A DNA stretch of 64,000 bases from a virus. The notes beneath the pieces are model-generated. The model ran no database searches, was not told the DNA's origin, and saw only the letters and a program-made list of their open reading frames with translations. Below, in pieces: positions 52,270-61,430 of this stretch. Within the stretch, counting starts at the first letter, position 1, and each line of letters opens with the position of its first letter. A program made the position numbers and the translations under genes. The stretch is from the IMG/VR virus record IMGVR_UViG_3300006163_000001, one strand, 5' to 3'.

Positions 52270-53889
52270 TCAGCGCATCACAGTCGTCTTCCGGGAGCGC
52301 GGCGGCTCATTGCCGCCCGCCTTGATCGCGTCCCGCCGGGCTTCCCAGGACAGGCACCCCGCCATGGAGAGGTCGATCTTCCGAGGGGAGTCGTGGCGAT
52401 CCTTCTGAATCGTCCACATCGGCTTGCCCTCGTCGTCCTTCACGCCGGCATTCCGCTTCACCGCATTCGCGATATGCCGGGCGAAGACGTCACTGCCGTC
52501 ATGCGACAACTCGCCGCCCGTCATCGCTGTCTTGTACGCGCGCAAGGCGAATGCCATCTGCCTGCGCCGATGCGTCCACCACTCCGTGACGACCTTCGGG
52601 CCGTACTTGCCGGCCCAACCCGCGATCGTCTCCTCGTAGTACGCCGGGTCCGCGTAGAGGCGCACGACCCGCCACGTCCGCATCGTCTCGTCCAGAACCG
52701 CGTTCACCTCGGCTTCGGGAACCTCCCACGCCTCGGCTTCCTGCTTATTCGCCGGGCACTCCCACACACCGAGCACCCACTGGTGGCCCGTCTCCAGGTG
52801 GGTTGCGACGAAGCCCGTCGAGTCGCTCCACTTCGAGCCGTCGAAGCCGACCGCGATCGCTTCCTTCGCCGGGACGACGAAACGCGAGTCCGCCAACTCC
52901 CGCCAACGGCCCGGGTCGAACGCCTTCGCCGAGGCGGTTCCGGGCTGGTTGAGGAAGTACCTGCGGGCGTCTGCCGGATCGGTGTCCGGCTCGCGCATGT
53001 CGCTGGCGATGCGCTCCAGGTCCATCCACTTCGCGGCGTCGCCGTACACGAACTCCAGCGCAGGCAGCAGCTGGTCGTCGTCGTGCAGGTCTTCCACGTG
53101 CGGGGCTTCGCGGTGGTCGAAGAGCAGGCCGCCATCGCGCACCCGGCCCGCAGCGACCGCCTTGTGGTACTCGTGCGTGGCCTCCGCGACTGAGTTCTCG
53201 CCGACCGCGTACATCGTCGACGTCTCCAGTGACCACGGCTCCGCCGCACGGCGCTTCACCAGATTGCGGCGCACCGTCTTGTGCATCGCCCGCAGCTCGG
53301 GCAGGACGTACAGGTGCGTCTCGTCGAAGACGCTGAACGTCTCCTTGCCGCCGTCCTTCGCGGCGCCGGACGACGTCGACGGGACGATCTCGCCGCCGCC
53401 CTCGATGAAGATGCGGCTCGACGTCTGCGCCGAACGCCCCAGGTCGATTCCCGGGAACTCGTCGCCGGCGTATTCGACGAGGTGCTCGAGCATCGCCGTG
53501 ACGTTGTCGTAGGTGTTGCCGGACTGGTTCTCCTCCGTCGCCAGGCAGCGAATGAAGGGGTACACCTGCGCGCGGCCCACCGGATCACCGGCAGCGTCCC
53601 AGCCGTCGAACCTGCACGGCCCCAGCGCCTCGAAGCACACCAGCGCGCCGGCGAGCTCGCTCTTCGCCCTGCCCTTCGGCCGGGACAGGAACGCGCGGTT
53701 GACCTTCCGGCGGCCCGTCACCGGGTCGAGCTGGTAGGCCTTCACGATGAAGGCGGCCATCTCGTCGTCGATGAGCAGGGGCTCGCCCTGCACGTCGCCG
53801 GGGCCGTGACAGAGGTAGTGCTCGATCCAGTCGATGGCCTCGAAGCCGAGCGAGACGAAGCGGTCCGGGTCAGCTATCCGCCTGGCCAT
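52270..53889 (-). CDS. terL: Terminase large subunit
   Basis: 539 aa with an ATPase N-terminal half (LSRPKGRAKSELAG, Walker A-like; VFDETH, Walker B-like) and a nuclease C-terminal half. Confidence 0.93.
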   Translation of the reverse strand: MARRIADPDRFVSLGFEAIDWIEHYLCHGPGDVQGEPLLIDDEMAAFIVKAYQLDPVTGRRKVNRAFLSRPKGRAKSELAGALVCFEALGPCRFDGWDAAGDPVGRAQVYPFIRCLATEENQSGNTYDNVTAMLEHLVEYAGDEFPGIDLGRSAQTSSRIFIEGGGEIVPSTSSGAAKDGGKETFSVFDETHLYVLPELRAMHKTVRRNLVKRRAAEPWSLETSTMYAVGENSVAEATHEYHKAVAAGRVRDGGLLFDHREAPHVEDLHDDDQLLPALEFVYGDAAKWMDLERIASDMREPDTDPADARRYFLNQPGTASAKAFDPGRWRELADSRFVVPAKEAIAVGFDGSKWSDSTGFVATHLETGHQWVLGVWECPANKQEAEAWEVPEAEVNAVLDETMRTWRVVRLYADPAYYEETIAGWAGKYGPKVVTEWWTHRRRQMAFALRAYKTAMTGGELSHDGSDVFARHIANAVKRNAGVKDDEGKPMWTIQKDRHDSPRKIDLSMAGCLSWEARRDAIKAGGNEPPRSRKTTVMR

Positions 53890-54334
53890 CGACGACCTTC
53901 AAAACCCGGTCCCTGCGTGATGCCCCGCCGCGGGCGCCGCCGGAGCGCCGGACCGTCGGTTCGATCTCCGGCTCGGCAACCGTCCAACGCAGTCGGATCC
54001 GGTCCGCCGCCGTACCGCCGATCGACGCCTCGTTCAATCGGATCTCCGCCAGCAGATCCTTCTTGGGCTCTTCCCAGTACTGCTGCACCAGCTCGGCCAG
54101 CATGTGCAGGCGCTGCCAGTCCGTCGGCAGGAACGTTGCCGCCTGCGGGCTCGACCGCCACGTCTCGTACCAGGCGAGCGTGCGACTGTCGTAGTCGTGT
54201 CCGCCGGGCAGTTCCGGCGTGGGTCCATCCGGTCCGTTCGCCGGGAGGATGGTCGTCGTGACCGCGTCGGCGTTGCGCCGGCGCCGCTGAGACGGATCCT
54301 TCGGCAGGGGGCCGTTTCCGGGCATTGTGATCAC
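53870..54334 (-). CDS. terS: Terminase small subunit
   Basis: 154 aa overlapping the terL start. Contains WYETWRSSPQAATFLPTDW, typical of actinophage TerS. Confidence 0.75.
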   Translation of the reverse strand: MITMPGNGPLPKDPSQRRRRNADAVTTTILPANGPDGPTPELPGGHDYDSRTLAWYETWRSSPQAATFLPTDWQRLHMLAELVQQYWEEPKKDLLAEIRLNEASIGGTAADRIRLRWTVAEPEIEPTVRRSGGARGGASRRDRVLKVVDGQADS

Positions 54335-54526
54335 CTCTGTTGGTGCCGTTGCGGCATCAGATCGGCGGCCATTGCGGCACGCCGGTAACTACACAGGGTT
54401 ATGTGGTGAAGATCGACTTCCGGGACCCAAGATCCCGAGTCCCGTACAGAATTCGACAGCCCTCCCCGTAGGTCCGGATTGTGACCCCGGGGGGAGGGTA
54501 ACGGCCCTGGGGTAGCTGGCGCGTCG
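54335..54526. other. Candidate cos/packaging-initiation region
   Basis: 192-bp non-coding, lower-GC gap between the HNH and terS genes, with the inverted repeat CCCTCCCC...GGGGGGAGGG. Confidence 0.4.
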
Positions 54527-55051
54527 TCACGCTGCGTGGTCCTGCTTGGCGCTGTTGCATCCCAGGCAGCAGCAGCGGACGTTGGTCAGGCTGTGCTCTC
54601 CGCCTTTCGACAGCGGCACGACGTGGTCGACGGTCGGGCTCATCACGTCGAACGGGGAGGCGTCCGGGTCGGTCGGCTGCTCGCACCGATAGCAGACCCA
54701 GGCGTCACGCTCGAAGACCTGGAGCCGGTCGAACCGGTCGATGACCGTCGCGCCGGCAAGCTCTGCTCGCTTCGCAGCGTCCGTGCTCCAGTCGTAGCTG
54801 CCTGTCCGTGCGGCTGCTGGTCCGAACTGCACGATGCGACGGCAGGCTATGGAGCAGGTGGGTCGGCGGTCGGCCTTGCGTGGCCGACGGATCGGGGTGG
54901 CGCATGCGGTACACGCGGTGGGCACGGCGGCGTGCCGGTTGGGCTGGTGCTTGCGGTTGTAGTGGGTCGAGCAGAGGCCGAGAGCGCGATGCTTGTTCGG
55001 ACATCCGGGTTCGGTGCAGGTCTTGGTGCGTGGGGCGGCGAGCGTCGTCAT
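54527..55051 (-). CDS. HNH endonuclease (174 aa)
   Basis: ATG at 55051. Contains VDHVVPLSKGGEHSLTNVRCCCLGCNSAK and N-terminal Cys clusters. Confidence 0.85.
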   Translation of the reverse strand: MTTLAAPRTKTCTEPGCPNKHRALGLCSTHYNRKHQPNRHAAVPTACTACATPIRRPRKADRRPTCSIACRRIVQFGPAAARTGSYDWSTDAAKRAELAGATVIDRFDRLQVFERDAWVCYRCEQPTDPDASPFDVMSPTVDHVVPLSKGGEHSLTNVRCCCLGCNSAKQDHAA

Positions 55052-55140
55052 GGTGGTCTCCGGGTATGGCGAAGCCCCCAACGCCCGGAGCGTCGGGGGC
55101 TTCTGCTCGCCGGGATCAGGGGCGAGTACTGGTGGGTTGG

Positions 55141-55536
55141 TCAGCGGATGCCGAAGTCTCCGGGCATCTCGTTGGCGGTGCTGCTCGCATGGCAGAGCCC
55201 GCACAAGCCGCGTCCGCGCGCCGGGTCGTTGTGGTCGAGTCCGCGCAGGATCAGCTCGCGCTTGCTCAGCGGCCAGTGGTCGGCGTGCTCGCTGTCGCGA
55301 CCGCATGCGGAGTCCGCGTCGCTACACATCGGGCAACCAGGGCAGACACAGATGGGATCGCGGGCTAGGACACCGGGCCGGAACCGCGTCTCGTGCCCAC
55401 CGCCGTACCCGCGTTGCCGTGCCGTACCGCGCCGCTGCTCTGCCTCACGACGGTGGTCGTCGCACTTCCCGCCGCGGTCGCTGAACTCAGGACATCCCGG
55501 CGTTGAACAGACGCGCCAGCCGGTTCGTCTGGGCAT
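55141..55536 (-). CDS. HNH endonuclease (131 aa)
   Basis: CPGCP...ADHWPLSKRELILRGLDHNDP...LCGLCH. Confidence 0.8.
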   Translation of the reverse strand: MPRRTGWRVCSTPGCPEFSDRGGKCDDHRREAEQRRGTARQRGYGGGHETRFRPGVLARDPICVCPGCPMCSDADSACGRDSEHADHWPLSKRELILRGLDHNDPARGRGLCGLCHASSTANEMPGDFGIR

Positions 55537-55583
55537 GGCGGCCTCCGTCCTGGGTCGCCCTTGTGTGCTGCGAGAATCAGGGC

Positions 55584-55862
55584 ATGACGTCTGACTATCC
55601 GCGCTATGCCAGTCCGGTCATGCGGATCGTGCGCCCGGAGCTTGGCTCGCTGCCGCTCAGCAATCCGCGCATCGCGCACAACTCGTGGCTGGCTATCAAC
55701 TTCATGCCTCCCGAGTATCACGACGAGCTGTCGCGGCGGCTGGATGAGATCCAGCGGCAAGCCCTGCACATGGCTGCGGTGCAGCTGCGCGAGGCGGGCA
55801 TGGGCGAGGCTGCCGACCTCATCGATCCCGGAGACGGAAGCGGTGGCGAGGCAGGAGCCTAG
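55584..55862 (+). CDS. Hypothetical plus-strand protein (92 aa)
   Basis: ATG at 55584. Reasonable GC3, opposite to the surrounding operon. Confidence 0.4.
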   Translation: MTSDYPRYASPVMRIVRPELGSLPLSNPRIAHNSWLAINFMPPEYHDELSRRLDEIQRQALHMAAVQLREAGMGEAADLIDPGDGSGGEAGA

Positions 55863-55864
55863 CC

Positions 55865-56158
55865 TCAGTCTGGCCAGGACCGCGTCGTGCACGGGCATCC
55901 GGCGGCGGGGTGTGCGGGGACGTGGGCGACGAGGTCGCATGGGCATTCGTCGTACTGGTGCCAGCAGGCGCAGGCGTGGATGTTGTGGGTCCACCACGGG
56001 TCGTTGCTGACTTCCGGGTACAGGTTGGGTCCGCATGGCGGGGGTGCGGCGTGTGCCGGTCGTGGGAGTGTGGCGCGTGGCCCGCGCGGCTGCCGATGCG
56101 GCGGCTTGTGCTTCTTCACGTCAGTTCGTGGCCTGGCAGGTGGCCGCAGTGTTCGCAC
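55865..56158 (-). CDS. Cys/His-rich small protein
   Basis: The C-terminal half has good codon usage (HACACWHQYDECPCD...GCPC). The start is uncertain. Confidence 0.4.
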   Translation of the reverse strand: MRTLRPPARPRTDVKKHKPPHRQPRGPRATLPRPAHAAPPPCGPNLYPEVSNDPWWTHNIHACACWHQYDECPCDLVAHVPAHPAAGCPCTTRSWPD

Positions 56159-56370
56159 CGCGCTGGCGCGAGGCGCCGCATCGCTTCCCAGAACCGGGTG
56201 GCTGCTTCGTCGGGCGTGTAGCCGGGCCCGTAGTCGAGCGTCCCGTTGGGGTGGATGGTGACGAGGGGGGTGTTGTCCGCGCCCATGATGGTGATCGTCG
56301 GCGGGGGTGGTGCGGCGACGAGGTGCCCGCCGTCGAGCAGGTAGGTGATCGCGTTCGTATCGTTCATCAC
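56116..56370 (-). CDS. Hypothetical protein (84 aa)
   Basis: Clean ORF, coupled upstream. Confidence 0.5.
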   Translation of the reverse strand: MMNDTNAITYLLDGGHLVAAPPPPTITIMGADNTPLVTIHPNGTLDYGPGYTPDEAATRFWEAMRRLAPARCEHCGHLPGHELT

Positions 56371-56969
56371 GGCTTCACCGTCGGCTCGTTGCGCGGACGT
56401 AGGGCTGACTTCGCGGCGAGGACACCGATCTCGTAGCCGTGCAGCCAGATGTCGGCACGCTCCTGATCGGCGTTCATGACCTCCGGCGTGGTCGACACGG
56501 CACGCACGCGGGCGATGGTCTCATCCAACTCCGCAGCGCGCTTCAGGTGTTCACAGGAGTCGAAGTGCGGCGGCCAGCCTTCGGTGAGCCACGCGGGTGC
56601 GACGCCGTGGTCGGTCCAGTCGCAGTGGCGTTGCCCGATCTCGTAGCCGTGGCGCGCCCATTGACGGGCCTCGTCGGGGTCCGTGAAGTCGCCGACGCGC
56701 AGCAGGGGTTCTGTATGCGCGCCAGCCTCGCTCGCGGGGATGTCGACGGTCTCTCGGAAGGCGAGGACGGCTCGGGCGCCGATCTGTTCGGCGAGGGTCA
56801 GGCTGGCGAGTCTGGCGATCGCGGTCTCGTAGGGGCTGCCGCCTGCTTCCGGGGCGCTGAGCGTGTCGATCGTCTCCTCGCCAGCCTGATCGATGATGAG
56901 GACAAAGGGCGTGACCGTGTCGTCGCCGTGGTGCTCGGCCGGGAGTTGGAGGATCTGCAAGCGGGCCAT
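56367..56969 (-). CDS. Hypothetical protein (200 aa)
   Basis: Clean ORF preceded by two hairpins. Confidence 0.55.
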   Translation of the reverse strand: MARLQILQLPAEHHGDDTVTPFVLIIDQAGEETIDTLSAPEAGGSPYETAIARLASLTLAEQIGARAVLAFRETVDIPASEAGAHTEPLLRVGDFTDPDEARQWARHGYEIGQRHCDWTDHGVAPAWLTEGWPPHFDSCEHLKRAAELDETIARVRAVSTTPEVMNADQERADIWLHGYEIGVLAAKSALRPRNEPTVKP

Positions 56970-57071
56970 GTTCTTCTCCTGGGGGTGCGGGAGCCCCGGC
57001 GCCAGGAACGCCGGGGCTTCCTTCCTGCGGTAGCTGGCCGCAGGCGTATGGGGGGGGTGGGTTGTCGCCTG

Positions 57072-57356
57072 CTACTCGGCGCGTTCGGGCCAGTGCCAGG
57101 TGCCGCCCGGGTGGTTGAGTGCGCCGCCGCTGGGGGTCTGGTCGTGGGTCTCTGCGGCTTCGTGATGCACGCATCCGCGGTTGAAGAAGAAACCTGTGGG
57201 GTTCAGGACGGCTAGGCCTACGATCTCCTGGCCCTCGCCCTTCGACTCCGGCGAGATCTCCGTGACGATGGCGGCGCGGCGCTCCTTGCTGTATTCGCCG
57301 CCCGGGGTGCCGTAGCTGACGTAGTGGACGACGCGTCCGACGCTTGGGGTAGCCAC
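57072..57356 (-). CDS. Hypothetical protein (94 aa)
   Basis: GTG start, clean ORF. Confidence 0.5.
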   Translation of the reverse strand: MATPSVGRVVHYVSYGTPGGEYSKERRAAIVTEISPESKGEGQEIVGLAVLNPTGFFFNRGCVHHEAAETHDQTPSGGALNHPGGTWHWPERAE

Positions 57357-57371
57357 GGTTCTGGTCTCCGT

Positions 57372-57680
57372 TCAGGTGATGCTGAGGTATCCGGACAGCC
57401 TCACGATGTTCTCGCTGCCGGGCGGGTCGAAGGAGACGTAGACGCGGTAGTCGCCTGCGGTGAGGGTGATGGCTCCGCCGTCGGGTCCGACGAGCAGTAG
57501 CGCTTCCGGTCCGCTGGCCCATGTTCCGGTCATCCAGTCGCCTGCGGCCGGGTTGTTCCGGTTGGAGACGGGCAGGATGGCGAGCTTGGGCGGGGTGCCG
57601 GTGATGTCGACTCCGGTGGGCGGGGTGACGGTGACGTGGATGTATTCGGTGGTGGTGGCGGGGAGTTCCATGGTCGCCAC
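57372..57680 (-). CDS. Hypothetical beta-rich protein (102 aa)
   Basis: Immediately downstream of the LamG-like gene. Confidence 0.5.
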   Translation of the reverse strand: MATMELPATTTEYIHVTVTPPTGVDITGTPPKLAILPVSNRNNPAAGDWMTGTWASGPEALLLVGPDGGAITLTAGDYRVYVSFDPPGSENIVRLSGYLSIT

Positions 57681-57683
57681 CTC

Positions 57684-58994
57684 TCACTGGGGCTGGCCGA
57701 CGAGCCAGGGCTCGGCTTGCGGCGCACTCGTGGGCCAGGTGTCGCCGTGCGGAGGGCCTGCCGTCCACGGGCTGTACGGTGCGCCAACGGCGACGTCGAT
57801 GTCGTCGTGTGCGGACTGGATTGTGCCGCTGGCCGTGAGCGTGGCTGTGGCGGCGAGGCCTGCCGTGCCGGCGAGTGCTGTGGCGCCTGCCGCGGTGAGC
57901 GTGGCGGTCGCAGTGAGGCTGGCCGCTGCGGAGGCTGTTCGGACGCCGGCTGCGGTCAGGTCTGCCGTGGCCGAGAGGGCCGCGTCGGCCGTGGTGCTGC
58001 GGGTGCCGGTTGCGGACAGGGCGGCGGCGGCGGCAAGGCCTGCATCAGCAGTGGTGGAACGCTGCCCGTCCGCCGTGAGCGTTGCGGTGGCAGCGAGCGC
58101 AGCATCGCTGGTGGTGGTCCGTTGCCCGTCAGCGGTCAGGGTGACCGTTGCAGCGAGGGCCGCGCCGGTAGAGGTTGTGCGGGTGCCGTCAGCGGTGAGA
58201 GTCGCCGTGGCGGTCAGCGCGCTGTCGCCGCTGGTGGAGCGCACCCCGGACGCGGTGAGACTGGCGGTGGCCGCGAGTGCCGTATCGCCTGCCGTGGTGC
58301 GGGTACCGGAGGCGGTCAGGGTGGCGGTTGTGTTGAGAGCTGCGTCGCCGGTGGTGGACCGCACGCCCGCCGCGGTGAAGGCTGCGGTGGAGGCGAGGGC
58401 CGCGTCACCACTGGTGGAGCGGACGCCGCCGGCGGTGAGGGTGGCGGTGGCAGACAGTGCCGCGTCACCCGAGACGCCGGAGGTGACGTCGGCGCCAGTG
58501 AAGTCATCGAAGCGGAGCAGGCTCGACGATTCGGCGCGGAGGCCGACGCTGGTTCCGGTTGTGACGGCCGTGTTGGTGACCGTGACGCGGGCTACGCCGC
58601 CGACGAAGCCCTTGATCGTGCTGCCTATGGCCTGCACTTTCGCCACGTCGCCTGCGACGGCGGCCCCGGAGAACGAGCCGAGCGACGTGAACGATCCGCC
58701 CACGTTGCTGAAGAGGTTCCAGCTGGTGCCGTCGTTGCGCCACAGATAGCCGCTGGTGAAGGTGGAGTTGCCGCGGCACCATACGCCGTGGCTGACGGCT
58801 CCGGTGGCGGCGATCGTGATCTGGGCGCTGTTGTCGTTGGTGGCCATCGTCGTGGCGGCCCGGATGATGATTGTGCCGCCCGCGCTCCCTGATGAGAGCT
58901 GGTTGGAGACGATCGTCCAGAGGCCGGATGAGTCAACCCAGTTGGCTCCCGGAGCGCCGTTCGACCTGTTGAAGTCGTCGGTGAAGGTCGTCAC
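57684..58994 (-). CDS. LamG/concanavalin-like N-terminal domain protein with about 11-13 tandem 20-aa repeats
   Basis: N-terminus FTDDFNRSNG...WVDSSGLWTIVSNQL...GVWCRG...GYLWRNDGTSWNLF, then repeats of the form GDAALxATATLTAxGxRSTS. Confidence 0.7.
   Translation of the reverse strand: MTTFTDDFNRSNGAPGANWVDSSGLWTIVSNQLSSGSAGGTIIIRAATTMATNDNSAQITIAATGAVSHGVWCRGNSTFTSGYLWRNDGTSWNLFSNVGGSFTSLGSFSGAAVAGDVAKVQAIGSTIKGFVGGVARVTVTNTAVTTGTSVGLRAESSSLLRFDDFTGADVTSGVSGDAALSATATLTAGGVRSTSGDAALASTAAFTAAGVRSTTGDAALNTTATLTASGTRTTAGDTALAATASLTASGVRSTSGDSALTATATLTADGTRTTSTGAALAATVTLTADGQRTTTSDAALAATATLTADGQRSTTADAGLAAAAALSATGTRSTTADAALSATADLTAAGVRTASAAASLTATATLTAAGATALAGTAGLAATATLTASGTIQSAHDDIDVAVGAPYSPWTAGPPHGDTWPTSAPQAEPWLVGQPQ
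57830..58490. repeat. Imperfect 60-bp tandem repeat, about 11 copies, in-frame inside the CDS
   Basis: The period equals the 60-nt line length, so columns such as GTGGCGGT.. / ..GCGGTGAG. align from 57841 to 58441. Confidence 0.85.
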
Positions 58995-59042
58995 GGCGAC
59001 GCCTCCGATCAGCCGCTACGCCGCCGCAGGGGTAGCCCGGGC

Positions 59043-60296
59043 CTACGGCACCAGAGGGGCGGCGGCCACGTTGTGCGATCCGCAGTCCAGGCAGGCGAGC
59101 CGAACGCCCTTGCCGTGATTGCCGTTACGAAGCTGCAAGTTCTCCAGGCGGTTGTCCCGCTTTTCGCCGTTGATGTGGTGAACCGTCTCTTGACGCGTCA
59201 GCGGACGCCCGAGGGACCTCGCCATTACCAGCCGATGCTCAAGTACGTAACCGGTCACGAAGGCCATGGGCGCCGCGATCGGATCATCGGGGTCGGCTGC
59301 GACTGCCGTGTAGCCACCCGACGCGGCAACTCGACCGCCGCGCCACGCCTTGTCGCGAAACTCGACTCCGGCCGCTTTGAGGATCGACCAAATCAACTGC
59401 GGCTGGGCATCGAAGACCTTTGCGATCTTGTAGATGGAGTCGCCTGATTCGTAGCGGGACGCCATCTCTCGCTTCTGATCCATGGTGTAGCGGGCGCCGA
59501 CTCGCTCAAACCCCTTCGGGGAGATCCATACGCCTAGTCTCTGCAGCATCCGATCGATCGTGGACTGACTACACCGGAAGTCTCGGGCAAGCTGCGAGGG
59601 CTTGGAGCCCGCCTGGTAGCGGGCAACAATCTCGTCACGCTCCTCGGGGGTAAATCCCTGGAACCGCTTCGATTGGTAGACGCCATGCCGCGTCAGCACG
59701 GTGACGACCGGTCCCCGATTGCAGCCATAACTCCGGCGCAGGCTCTCCACTGACTCCCGCGCCTGGTAGCGGGTCACCATGTCGGCTTCCTGCTCCGCCG
59801 TGAAGCCGTCGAACTCGCGAGGCTGATAGCTGCCGTGCGTTTTGAGGACTCGCTCGACAGCGCTACCCGTCCTTAGGCCGAAGGACAGGGCGATCGCGCG
59901 CGCCGACTCCCCGTTCTCGTACCGCTTGGCCGCTTCCTGCTCCTGGCCGGGCGTCAGGCCTCTAAGGCGCTTCCTGCCCTGATAGATGCCACGCTCCCGC
60001 AGCACTCGATGCACAACGTCTCTACTGCACTCGTAGCTCCTGCTGATCGCGTTGGCGTCTTCACCCGATGCATAGCGGCTGACGATGTCTGCCACCTGCG
60101 AGCCAGAGAAACGGAGTCGCGGGCCGCCACTCCAAGGCTTGGGGTTGTACACCTCGCGCCGCTTCAAGACTCTGATGATCGGCCCGTTACTGCAGCCGTA
60201 TACCTTGCCGATGGACTCTGCGCTCTCGCCGGATTGATACCTGCGGACCACGTCCGCTTCCTGGTCCTCGGTGAACGTGACCTGCGTTCTTCCCAT
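59043..60296 (-). CDS. Six tandem HTH modules fused to a C-terminal HNH endonuclease
   Basis: Six repeats of the form xxRYxxGESxxxIxxxYGCSxxxVxRVLxxxGVY, then HHINGEKRDNRLENLQLRNGNHGKG. Confidence 0.75.
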   Translation of the reverse strand: MGRTQVTFTEDQEADVVRRYQSGESAESIGKVYGCSNGPIIRVLKRREVYNPKPWSGGPRLRFSGSQVADIVSRYASGEDANAISRSYECSRDVVHRVLRERGIYQGRKRLRGLTPGQEQEAAKRYENGESARAIALSFGLRTGSAVERVLKTHGSYQPREFDGFTAEQEADMVTRYQARESVESLRRSYGCNRGPVVTVLTRHGVYQSKRFQGFTPEERDEIVARYQAGSKPSQLARDFRCSQSTIDRMLQRLGVWISPKGFERVGARYTMDQKREMASRYESGDSIYKIAKVFDAQPQLIWSILKAAGVEFRDKAWRGGRVAASGGYTAVAADPDDPIAAPMAFVTGYVLEHRLVMARSLGRPLTRQETVHHINGEKRDNRLENLQLRNGNHGKGVRLACLDCGSHNVAAAPLVP

Positions 60297-60327
60297 AACG
60301 CCATGATAGATCAGGACGCTTGAGAAA

Positions 60328-60726
60328 CTATGACCCTTGCGGAGATAGGCTTACGCCCAAAGACTGCAATGTGAATGTGTCGCCCGACGCCCACGCCTTG
60401 CTCGCCGTGAGTGCCACCGAGAACAGGAACGTGCCGCCGGTCACGGCGGTCCACACGGAGATGTCCGTGATGGTTTCCGAGGTGCCGCCGTTGGTCCACG
60501 CGGGGTTGGTGCCGGTGAGGGCGAGCGCGGAACCTGCGGACGATGCGGCGTGCGTGAAGATGACCCGGGTCGCGGAGCCGGCAGAGATGGCGGTCGTGCC
60601 GGCCGCGCCCGGGTTGGCGGTGTGGAGCTGCGCGTACTCGGCTGCGACCGGGCCGAAGGCCGCACCCGCCGCGCGCAGGGTGTTGAGCCAGTTGGAAACC
60701 AGGGTGGTGGACAGGCCTTCAGCCAT
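60328..60726 (-). CDS. Hypothetical phage protein (132 aa, Ala/Thr/Gly-rich beta type)
   Basis: Clean ORF. Resembles widespread small phage structural-like proteins, but the family was not identified. Confidence 0.5.
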   Translation of the reverse strand: MAEGLSTTLVSNWLNTLRAAGAAFGPVAAEYAQLHTANPGAAGTTAISAGSATRVIFTHAASSAGSALALTGTNPAWTNGGTSETITDISVWTAVTGGTFLFSVALTASKAWASGDTFTLQSLGVSLSPQGS

Positions 60727-60850
60727 CGGTCAGTTCCTCGTCTTCTGCGGGAGGCTGGGCCTCGTCTGTCTGCTCCGGTTCGGCGGCGGCTGCGGGGGTG
60801 ACTTCGCCGGAGGCTTCGAGGCTGAGGGCGAAGACGTGTTCGTCGGCCAC
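60719..60850 (-). CDS. Acidic peptide (43 aa)
   Basis: GTG after AAGGAGG. Confidence 0.4.
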   Translation of the reverse strand: MADEHVFALSLEASGEVTPAAAAEPEQTDEAQPPAEDEELTDG

Positions 60851-60928
60851 GGGGCCTCCTTTGGCGGGCTGTTCACGATGTGTGCGTTGGCGTGTACGCC
60901 GCGCGTCTGGCCTGTCATGATTCGGCGC

Positions 60929-61426
60929 ATGTCTGAGCTGACTGATGCGTCTGCTGTTCCGCCGGCGCCGGGGAATCCGCCTGCCGCACCGCGCCGTTGG
61001 CCTCACCCGCTGATAACGGGGCTGGCCGGTCTCGTCGTTGGGGCGGGCGCCGTGGGGCTGGCGTGGGGCCTGTCTGGCGGCGGCTCGGCTGCTCCGAAGT
61101 CGTTCACGCTGACCGGCTCGATGACGTTGACGGGCGACAGCGTTCCGTCCGGCGATACGAGCGAGGACTGCACCGGCTATCAGGGGTACGACGACATCGC
61201 GGCGGGTGCCGGGGTGACGGTGTACGACTCGGCGGGGAAGGTCGTCGCGTCCGGGTCGCTGGGCACGGGCAAGCCGAAGGGGGCTGCCTGCGTGTTCCCG
61301 GTGCGGGTTCCTGGCGTGCCGGAGGGCTCGAAGTTCTACCGGGTCGAGGTGAGCCACCGGGGCCAGATCACCGTGTCGGCGGCCGAGGCGAAGGCCGGGG
61401 AGTTCGCAGCGTCGCTCGGTAGCTGA
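60929..61426 (+). CDS. Single-pass membrane-anchored extracytoplasmic protein (165 aa)
   Basis: ATG at 60929. TM segment LITGLAGLVVGAGAVGLAW followed by a beta-rich ectodomain. Opposite strand to its neighbours. Confidence 0.6.
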   Translation: MSELTDASAVPPAPGNPPAAPRRWPHPLITGLAGLVVGAGAVGLAWGLSGGGSAAPKSFTLTGSMTLTGDSVPSGDTSEDCTGYQGYDDIAAGAGVTVYDSAGKVVASGSLGTGKPKGAACVFPVRVPGVPEGSKFYRVEVSHRGQITVSAAEAKAGEFAASLGS

Positions 61427-61430
61427 GGCG

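Noticed and set aside
50926-53193. 755-aa plus-strand ORF across portal and terminase
   Set aside because: Extremely Arg/Pro/His/Leu-rich and antisense to well-supported portal and terL frames.
57830-58490. 60-bp periodic repeats as a possible CRISPR array
   Set aside because: The units are contiguous with no unique spacers, are imperfect, and lie in-frame inside a 436-aa ORF where they encode 20-aa protein repeats. No cas genes are present.
57684-60296. Diversity-generating retroelement targeting the repeat protein
   Set aside because: No reverse transcriptase ORF, and no template/variable repeat pair with adenine-specific differences, was seen anywhere in the window.
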